Below are positions 26,558-35,927 of a stretch of 64,000 nucleotides of DNA, piece by piece. The stretch lies in NCBI GenBank assembly GCA_040954595.2, contig CM082596.2:4856181-4920180 (forward strand), written 5' to 3'. The position numbers and the translations under genes were made by a program. The stretch comes from Balanoglossus misakiensis (Eukaryota; Animalia; Hemichordata). Position 1 is the stretch's first letter, and the number at the start of each line of letters is the position of its first letter. The notes under the pieces are model-generated. The model saw only the letters and a program-made list of their open reading frames with translations, ran no database searches and was not told where the DNA came from.

Positions 26558-27604
26558 GTTTGTCACAGTCCTGCCAAAAGCTCCAAATACGCAGTATAGA
26601 TGCGTGTTTTATCCCGCGAGGTAACAGCTGCGATTCACGTATTAAGCCGAATTAAGTATGGGTTTACAAAGACTACAACGCATATCTCGCGCATGCAACG
26701 AAAACGCATTAAACAGCCCCACGTCCCCCAGATAACAATGATTATATTGGGAATTTGACGAGAATAATCGTATTTTGTATTTAAAAATCTCAGTTATTAA
26801 TTTATCTGATATCAGCGGTGAATACTTAACGTGCAGTTTTCCAAAACATCTTTTTTTAATAACATGCAGTGAGCTAAGAGTAAACGGACTGCGTGTGACA
26901 GACTGGTCAAATATGAAACCACTTCAACTTGTTACAACATGGAAATATGCCCTTTCCCAAATGCTTAAAATACATTTATTGATGTCAGGTTTAAACATTT
27001 CTATTTTTGTAAATAATATAGAAAAAAATAACCGCATGACCATTCTTTAATGTACGTTTCATCACAAACGTATTCTGTGATGAACATTACATTTTATTGA
27101 TAATTGTGTCGAGGAAACGATATTAGCCATTGTTATGCGTTTGCTTTCATTGTCACAGAGGTGAAATACAACTACAGCTTTAGTATTGTTTTACAGCAAC
27201 AATGGAAGCGCAAGCTGGGAGAGCCTGTGTTGGCGGAATACATGAAGCGAAAAAAACTGCATAATTGCATCCGAAAGGAAACCTATTACATTGCACATTT
27301 ATAATGATTTATCGATCGGCAATTGCTCTTGCTCATGAACGCACACTGTTCATAAACTGCTTTGTATTGACACTTTCGAATTCAGATTGTCATTTTTCTT
27401 ATTTCCCCTTATGTCGGAATAAAAAAAATTGGACCTTTCATTTATTATAGGTCCTACTACGGTAGAATGCAAAATTGAATATTTATTTTCTTTACTCGCT
27501 AGGAAGCACATATTAACTTAGACTGGAGTGATTGGTCTTTCCTGGCCGACCATTCTTTGACTGGTCCTGAGTGTGGCGAATCTTCCAATATGAAGATTTA
27601 CTCG

Positions 27605-28621
27605 TCAGGTAAGGAACGGGTTGGTTCCAGGGTGATTTTTCAGTATCGGGATCACTTTGTGAATGCTGAGGGCGGCCTTGATGGAGCCACGGCTGTTCAG
27701 GTGCAATCCATCGTCCTTGAAGAGCGAGCCGTCGACCTGGCCGTTGCGTTTGTTGAAGATGCCCTCGTGGTCGATGAAGAGACAGTCGTCCTCCTTCGCC
27801 ACCGCCCGGAGGTAGTCGTTCATGAGCCGGGCGTCGTTATGGTAACAGTCGTTGCGCGGCAGGATGCCGGAGATGACGATGTGCACGCTCCGGTGGATCA
27901 GGTAGACGTCCTTTATGAGGTCCCGCAGTTCGACGACGGCGTAGCGAATGGCGTCGAATTTCCCGACGGCGACGTCGTGCGTGCCGATGTGGATGATCAG
28001 CGTCCGCACTCCTTCGAGGTCGGCCTGCCGGTTCAGAAAGTGGTGGACCTTCTTCATCCTGGCATCGTTCAGGGCGGTGATCTTCACGTTCCCGAGCAGA
28101 GTCCCTCTGTTGATGTCTTTGATCGTCGAGTCCCCGACGATGTAAGTCAGTGCGCCATCGGCCCCGGTCTTGTGCATCTGGTACTCCCGTATTGCATCGA
28201 TTCCCGACCCGCAGACATCTATCGGGGGGTCCTCTAGCGGGTTGCCGTACAAGTAAACCGTCTCCAAGTTCGCCATTTTCTGTCCAAACTGCGGAGGCAG
28301 CGTCCTCATCTCGTTGTAACTGGCGTCGAGCGATTCCAGAAGTTTCAAGTCGTAGATTGACAGGGGCATACACGTCAACTTATTGTAACTGATGTCCAAC
28401 ACCACCAGATTGGACAGTTTCCACACAACGTTCGGAATTTCGAGGAACTTGTTGCAACCCAGATTAAAAGTTTTCAGATATTCGAGCTTCCTCAACTTCT
28501 TGGGAAGGTTTCTCAAGTTGTTGAACTTGCAGTCGAGTTTCCTGAGCGAGGTCCTCTCGCACACTTCCAAGGGAAACGTCTCCAGCGATCGACCGCGCAA
28601 GCTCAGTTCGAATTCCGTCAT
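27605..28621 (-). CDS. Leucine-rich-repeat / SGNH-hydrolase fusion protein (338 aa from MTEF; possibly extended by an upstream exon)
   Basis: Uninterrupted ORF. About 5-6 LRRs (LRKLDCKFNNLRNLP, LKTFNLGCNKFLEIP, LVVLDISYNKLTCMP, LESLDASYNEMRTLP, LETVYLYGNPL) and the cap EDPPIDVCGSGIDAIREY are followed by SGNH blocks IVGDS (GDS 28135-28127), IHIGTHD (GTHD 27985-27974), IVISGILPR, FIDH and DGLHLN (DGLH 27712-27701). Minus-strand AATAAA at 27487-27482. Confidence 0.88.
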   Translation of the reverse strand: MTEFELSLRGRSLETFPLEVCERTSLRKLDCKFNNLRNLPKKLRKLEYLKTFNLGCNKFLEIPNVVWKLSNLVVLDISYNKLTCMPLSIYDLKLLESLDASYNEMRTLPPQFGQKMANLETVYLYGNPLEDPPIDVCGSGIDAIREYQMHKTGADGALTYIVGDSTIKDINRGTLLGNVKITALNDARMKKVHHFLNRQADLEGVRTLIIHIGTHDVAVGKFDAIRYAVVELRDLIKDVYLIHRSVHIVISGILPRNDCYHNDARLMNDYLRAVAKEDDCLFIDHEGIFNKRNGQVDGSLFKDDGLHLNSRGSIKAALSIHKVIPILKNHPGTNPFLT

Positions 28622-30642
28622 CTTGAAATGCAGAATATCACTGATATCAGCGGAAAACGTCACACAAGTCGGTCGTCGACGTACAGTTGAACCCTGTAAT
28701 CGATTGAAAAAAATGAAGCGTTTATAGAGAGCATAAAATGTGACCCAATTTGTCAATATTTGAATCCTTCGCACTCATTGACCAAAAATACCCCCGACGC
28801 ATTATTTGATCACCGGTATATACCGTGCCAGACATTCGTAAGCTGCCAGGTAACCGCAGCAAGCGACAGAAATTTACGCCAAATCTCGGAGTCAATAAAT
28901 TTCATTCGCGATTGACATTAATCCGTTGATTACGAGTTTATGCGACCGACCCCGTGCTCGCGCGATGCCGACAGGCTTTCCTCTCAGCACCGGGGAGATT
29001 TGACAGAACACTCGCAATGCCGGGGCAGGGCAGACGAACAAACGGCAGCACTTTGATCGTTTACTTATCAACAGGTGGTGTTTGTCAACATTAGTGTATG
29101 TGTGCTTATCGTCATGGGTATACCACAAAATAAACTCAAACCGTCTGACTCAGGACACGTGCATTCAGTCAGTGTACTGCGACGCACCTATACTATTTCT
29201 AAATGGCTTGAAAGTATCTTGTTTTGTACTAGACTCCAGAATGATAATATATGTCTACTCTAGTTTTAAATCTGGACTGAAAAAATACAATATTGGTGAA
29301 GTAGATTCCAGATGTGAAATTCACTCACGGGACGTCACAGTTTATAGCGAGTCGTCAGATGATCTTAAAATGTGGTTTTCTTGTGCGACTCAGGGCTAAA
29401 CTAACGACAAATAGTAGTGTCCATTAAAGGGAAAACATCAAACGTAATGGGTTTATATCGGTGAAAAGGTAATTGTTGACTCTACAATCGCGTGCACTGA
29501 AATTCAACAAAGGGAACCTCATCGAAGATTCTATTGTGACGAGTGGGCGATGTCTATTACCTCGGCTCGCTGACAGAGGATTGCTTATTTCAGTTTAGAA
29601 ATGGACAAAGATGTCGATTTCACCAAGCGGATATGGATGAAGGCCACGATGTAAATCGTTGAGTGAACCTCTGTAGATAGTTGACAAGTGTTGCGATGTA
29701 ATAAAACGCCGAGGCTTTGACTGTAGAATTAAGTGTCCGCTCGACTGCCGCCGCAAATTTGTCAATGATCGCTGTTTCTGAACTGTCAGATGTTTGCTAT
29801 TCATTGTCGTGTGGTCATGGTTATGGCAACCACCTGTTGAAGATTTTCAACTCGGAGCATTTTGTCGGCTATCAGCGAGAACATTTAACAGCCCAATAAA
29901 TCGGACAAAAAGAGACGACGTATCGGGAAATTATGAACCCAGGAACGACTTACTTACTTTACAGTAGCCCCGATTACCATGTTTTCAATCGATCAGATAA
30001 TGGGCGCACGGGGCTGTCGGTCACGGACCAAGCCGTTGCTCGGGAGCGATGAAGGGCAAGTCCAAAAGCAACGATTCTTGCCGTCAAACACGGTCGGCGG
30101 AAACGTATAGAAATCCGCGAACACCAGCCCTTTTCAGCGACACTAGCAACCTGCCATATGACCCAGAAATACAATCCCGCGGACGGTTTTCCCAAGTTTG
30201 TTGGTCGCGGCTCTCGGAATGTTTATGTGTTGTTAAGAATCGTCAATAATTAAACAACTCGACTTGCAAAGGTCTAATCGCCCAGAGGGGGCGTGATATT
30301 TGCAAATGAATGGACTCACCGCTGATCTTGTGACCCCATACACTGGCGAATAAAGAACAGATACTGACATTGTTGGACAATAACACCTGTCACGGTACAA
30401 CAACTCCAATCTTTTTTTTGTCAGCAAGCAAGCTCTCTCGCTCGTTGACACGAGGCTGGCAAGCAGCGAGTCATTTTGCATAATTACGGCTTGGTTATGG
30501 CAAAATCAATACCATTAAAAGTAAAGAAATAAAATAATCGTGTTTACATTCTATTGCGTGTACCTGGGGAACATTTGTACGTTTGTATAAAGATGTATCT
30601 AATTACTCCACGCATATATACCAATGCACTGTACGTACATAC

Positions 30643-30720
30643 GTATGTCTGTATGTCTGTATGTCTGTACGTACGTACGTCTGTCTGTCTGTATGTATGT
30701 ATGTATGTATGTATGTATGC
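30643..30720. repeat. (GTAT/GTCT)n tetranucleotide microsatellite
   Basis: Directly visible. Confidence 0.9.
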
Positions 30721-33700
30721 ATGCCACGGTTATGATGCTGTAAATTTTCTGCGGTGTTGTGGTCTTGCTGCTGCGGCTACTCTGCTCGGTGGGTCTAGTG
30801 AGTAGTCTCCATGACAACGAGGCTAACGCGTCGCGAAATTGTGGCGATTGGGTTAATTGCATCCGGTTAGAATTCGATTGCCGTTTTCGCGCCCGATACT
30901 GCACTGCATCAGTGAGCGTGCAGGCAATTGATTGATTCCCATTCCATTCGGAGCAAATCTCCCTGGCTTAGGTGTTACTGTTCGCCACCTAATACGTACA
31001 TTGAATTACAGATACCTTGAGATATACGTAACAACTTGTACAGATAAGCCAATAAGATGGAAATCTCACCTGATATGGAACAATGTGATCCAGCAGAGCC
31101 TTCAGTTCTTGATCTGGGCTGTGTCGATGTCAGATGATGTATGCGCGACACGCAGAGCCTGGAATCAACACGCTCGTTGCTAGGCTACCAAAAATTACAT
31201 CAAGCGCGAATAAAGTGGTAAACTCTGCATGATACGATGGGAGTGTATGTATACGATACAACAGCAGTGAGCGTGTACGGCATGCTTGTAAACCACTTAG
31301 GCGATTCCGTGTATAGCCTATGGTTTATATTTAAGGCATACATTTGTACTTGTCTACAATTTCGCCAGAATTTCAGTAGAGATATTCAAGTTCAAGGTGA
31401 ACTTTTTCTCATACGGTGATGGGATTATGCAAGGACGCCATCTCGTGGCGGTTATTGTATAAACTCTCGATGCACGATCGACAAGGATCAACTATGAGGG
31501 CGGGGCACACCTCGTCATGACGTCATGCTAATTAATTGTCACGGTGATAAGCATGTCAAATTTAGAATAACTTATATCTAAGATGCCCTACATTTGTAGT
31601 AATCTTGTCACCGCATGCGCATTTCTATGTGATCATTAGAAACACAATCTGCGAACGAAATATCAGATTAAGAAATGTTAATCAAAGTGAAAGCTTATTA
31701 CGGCAATATTTGCAAGTGAAGTATATCTTATTAATAAATCTTAATCAAAGTGAAAGCTTATTAATTTGCTGGCTCTAGCACAGAATCGAACAATCCTAAG
31801 TATGATGGAGAATTGGAGATAGAATAACATCATGTCCAGGGATTCAATCAGAACTTATAGGGGTGTGTGTTCGAGGAGGAATACTTATCTGGTATTAAAG
31901 CCCCCTCCTAAAAGTCCACACTCAACAAATAAATACCAACAAATTCAACACTAAGAGAAAAACTGCACTAGACAATATATTAACGCGCTGTGTGTACATG
32001 TACGTCTCAATTTCATTTGTCAGTCATTTATCATAAACAGAGTGCGCACCAGTTATTAATGTTATCATGAATTTTTTTATTTCAATGCACTACGGTTGGT
32101 GGACCACGTGTATACAGCTGTTCAATAACAACGGTTACAATTATCATACAGCTTCACTGTGAAATTGAACAACCTGAAATAATATATAGAGATTACGGTC
32201 AGCGCTTTTATTGAACTCCGATCAGTTGCAATAATCCTGTAATCCAACTAAGCCGACACGCTTACCTACATTTATTCGGGTAGAATGAATTCGCTGACAT
32301 ACCTCACATCATAGGAAATGACTGATTACACTACAGTTATTGAATTGAAAAATATATTATAAGTATCGAGTTGCGCTGTATTACCAGTTGCCTATTACAG
32401 AAAGCCAAGCAAATTGGACTTTCAATTAACAGCGGCCACAAATCACCAGATTTTGCTTTGATGTGTTTAGAGAGACTGATTATCGCTGTCACCTCCAGAT
32501 TTTCGGCGAAGTGAGTTGTATTGCGGGATTACGCCCCGAATAATGGGGAATTTCCGGGACAGGGAATGATTAATCAATCTCACACGGCACTCTTTTGAAT
32601 GCAATTGCTCAATCGACACCCTGGTGGACGGTAATAGTCCCACCGTGTAGAATTTCGATCGCGATGAATGGGCAAAAATTGCAGTCGAGGTATTTGCTTA
32701 ATGAGCGTGAAATTGCTGTTGGATGGGGGACTTGACATGGTTAACGTTTTTACCTCCAACAGTTATGAATTTAATTTTCAACTAAATTTGAAAGGGCTTA
32801 CCGACGTCACATGATTCACAAGGGGACATATCTCAAGTGGCATACAATCTTTAGAGAGAGAAAATGATTTTTTTTCTTCTGATGGTTATTGAAATAGTCT
32901 CTGTTAACTAATTCTGGGATGGACTATTTCGTTCTGACAGCATGATTTCAAGTGGATAACATTTTGAAGCAATTCCTCTCGTCTCGGTATATATATATAT
33001 ATATCTTACTGATGGAACGAAGGCAATTGTTGTTTCTTTGGAAGTGTGTGTGTGGGATGTCGTGATTGTCACGCACACCCTTGAAGTGCCTTTGAACGTT
33101 TTCTGTGGTTCGGATCAGTCTTGTCCGTTGATCTGGAAAAAAAACTCCCAGTAGATGGTGCATGATGACTGACAGCACTTGAGGCGCTGGTAATTGATGA
33201 CAATCGAGTAAAGAGTCTAACTGCTACTGACTTTGAGAGTTTGCGGTTGGGAATGAAGCGACGCGGAGAGCGAAGCGACGCGGAGAGCTTGTTGAGTTCG
33301 GTGCATTTGGCGAAATCTTGAGAGAAAGGAGTGGGGGTCGTTGAACCCGGCAAGATCAAACAGGTCACAACACGCACGTTACAACACCATGGAAACATGG
33401 ACATGTACTACAAACCTGGAAACTTTCAAAAGAAAACTAAAATCTCATATATCCAAAAGAGCGTACAGTGAGTGTGGTTTAACCAAGTAATTTGTGTACA
33501 CCGAGTGCACTTTACAATTATTAGTCGTTCGTAATGCCATTCTCTGATTTATGAAATGATCACATAGAATAAGTTTCTTTTTAAAACTGCTTACACTTCT
33601 TTTCGTCACAGTCCCTCTAGTACAGGGACTGTGTTTTCGTGTAGGCGGAATTATCATTCTCTCTATATACACAACAACACAAGCACTGGTAGTGCATATC

Positions 33701-34799
33701 TTACTACGTGCCAGATTCGCAACGTTTTGGCCAATTAGTACTCAAATGACAGACGGAAACATTTACGCTTCCTACTTCACTTATCCCATCGTTGCCGTCA
33801 CTTAACAGGGAAACGGAACCCAAATTTGCCAATTAGCTTTAACAGCCGAGTGATGCAAAAGGCGGCTGTCCCTTAAAAGGGGGAACAGGACACCGTCGGA
33901 TGTCGGGCTTTTTGAGACGCCGCAGCCAGAAGTGAAATTGGCCCCCGTCTGGTTCCTGAGCGGGGAAGCGAGCGAAATTCGTTGCATTAGAGTTATATGC
34001 GGTTACGTTTGGACGCAAGGAACCCTTAAACCTGTGCGCAAATTGCACCGTTGGACACCCGTGCAAAAAGCTGTTACATACAAATAGAGTAAATTTTTAA
34101 GTGGACCTCGCAGTGGGATTGTCGTCAACACTAACAACTGCCATCAGAGACCCAGAAGAAGCACTTAGTGCAGTCAATGCGAATCAAACCTCTGGTGATT
34201 ATCTCTAATTCACCTTAAATATACTAAACCATGTTGTGCTCGGTGGTATTTGATCTCATTTGACTTTCTCTCCTTAGAAATCTAAACTTCAGAGTGAACG
34301 ACCTGTGAGTGACACAAACAATTGTCGAATGAATGTTGGATAACAAAATGAAGATATTACATAAGTTTGTAGAATTAAAGCTCAAAGCAATCCATTCACT
34401 GCACAGTAGTTGGATTGAGTATATCCCTAATTACTGTTAAGCGACATTCAGACAAGTTTTCCCTACTGTGTTCTGGCTAAGCAAACATTTTTTTCGCGTC
34501 ACATGAGCTGTTTCTCTTATAAACAGTCGTGCTGTGTTTATAAAAGGGTACACGTCATGAATATGATGTCTTTGTCAGGGTTGTTACATCGACAGTATAG
34601 GCAATAGAAAACTCTTCCATGAAACCATATGATAGCGAAGATTGTGTATTCAACAATTGATATGTACCGGTACATGTTTAATCATTTTCAAGGGGGCTAA
34701 AAAGTGTCCACCCTGACAAAGTTACTGTTCCCCTGACAACACACAATTCTCACAATTTTACCAAAAATTGTTTTTTGGTAGTTCATTTTGCTTTGCTGT

Positions 34800-35927
34800 T
34801 CAGTGGGACTGTACGTTGTCCGTGCCAGTGGACCCGGCTGTGCGCGTGTCACCAACGGCGCCTGTTTTGTTATTCCTGCCGCAGCACAGCAACTTCTTGT
34901 ACGCTTCTCTGAAGTTTCGGTTCATCCAGGCGTACAGGTAAGGGTTGAGGGAGGAGTTGAACCAGGCCAGGGCGGCCACCACCTTGTGCACGACCTTGGG
35001 GATGACCGCGTAGCGATCGCACAGGTTGGCGATGCAGTACGGCAGCCAGCAGAGACAGAACACGGTGAAGATGAAGAAGAGCTGCTTGGTCACTTTCAGC
35101 TCCGTCCGGCTCCACTTCCCGCCGCTCTTCGCGTTCGCCGTGGTAACCGTGGCGACCGGGTGGTGGCCGTCGCCGCTGTTGCCGTGATCGTGAGCGTGCG
35201 GCTGGATGCCCTGCTGCGCGGTCGCCTGCACGCGTTGCCGGGACGCCCGAATGGCCCGGAAGGTGAGGAAATAGCCGAGGAACATCATGACGATGCACGG
35301 CAGGACGGCGAAGGCCAGCACGGTGCAGAGGAACCACCAGGTGAGCGGGTCGCCGTGGCTGTACGCGCAGTACCCGATGGCCGAGTTGTAGCCCAGCGTC
35401 CCGAAGCCCGCCACGGGCAGCAGCGTCCAGAAGAAGCTGAATATCCACGGCCAGCCGACCCAGATGTAGTTGTTGCGCCGGCTGAACACCTTCCGGTACG
35501 TGCCCGTGGAGCGCGTGATGAGCACGTAGCGGTTGACGGCGATGGTGCTCAGCGTGGTGATGGACACCCCGAAGGTGGAGATGGTGAAGAACCCGATGAC
35601 CTGGCAGCCGACGGGGTGGTAGGGCCACCCCTCGTGGTACAGGGTGAACATGTAGAAGGGCTCGAAGAAGGCGCACACGCAGAGGTCGGTGATGCTCAGG
35701 TTGACCACGAACAGGTTGGCGATGATGTGCAGCTTGGGCGTGGTGGCCACGGCGGCCATCACCAGCAGGTTTCCCGCCACGCCCGCCACGCTGAACACAA
35801 TCAGGGACAGCAGGTGCACGATGGTGCTGATGGACAGCCGTCGCTCCCCCTCCTCCGCCGGAGCAAGCGTGGCGTTCAACGTTGTGTTCTCTGCTGCCGC
35901 CAGAGTGGTGGTGGACACGTTCTCCAT
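34800..35927 (-). CDS. Class A (rhodopsin-like) GPCR, melatonin-receptor/GPR84/Tre1/moody-like, single coding exon, 375 aa
   Basis: Seven hydrophobic segments; GN in TM1, NLSITD in TM2, Cys before TM3, AVNRYVLI (NRY variant) followed by YRKVFS, W in TM4, FCLCWLPY in TM6, NSSLNPYLY in TM7, helix 8 NFREAYKKLLCC; N-terminal N-glycosylation sequons NVS/NTT/NAT. Confidence 0.93.
   Translation of the reverse strand: MENVSTTTLAAAENTTLNATLAPAEEGERRLSISTIVHLLSLIVFSVAGVAGNLLVMAAVATTPKLHIIANLFVVNLSITDLCVCAFFEPFYMFTLYHEGWPYHPVGCQVIGFFTISTFGVSITTLSTIAVNRYVLITRSTGTYRKVFSRRNNYIWVGWPWIFSFFWTLLPVAGFGTLGYNSAIGYCAYSHGDPLTWWFLCTVLAFAVLPCIVMMFLGYFLTFRAIRASRQRVQATAQQGIQPHAHDHGNSGDGHHPVATVTTANAKSGGKWSRTELKVTKQLFFIFTVFCLCWLPYCIANLCDRYAVIPKVVHKVVAALAWFNSSLNPYLYAWMNRNFREAYKKLLCCGRNNKTGAVGDTRTAGSTGTDNVQSH

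Noticed and set aside
27557-28237. 226-aa + strand ORF antisense to the SGNH domain
   Set aside because: Codon-bias shadow; only the minus frame carries LRR/SGNH motifs.
28622-28774. ORF-track GTG start extending the LRR-SGNH ORF to 389 aa
   Set aside because: A non-ATG start is not expected in a eukaryote, and 28694-28774 looks like an intron 3' end (polypyrimidine tract + AG).
33060-33400. Possible decayed LINE RT C-terminal fragment (..TENVQRHF..) with a 17-bp tandem duplication at ~33255-33288
   Set aside because: Resemblance too weak and needs several frameshifts; cannot be supported without a profile search.
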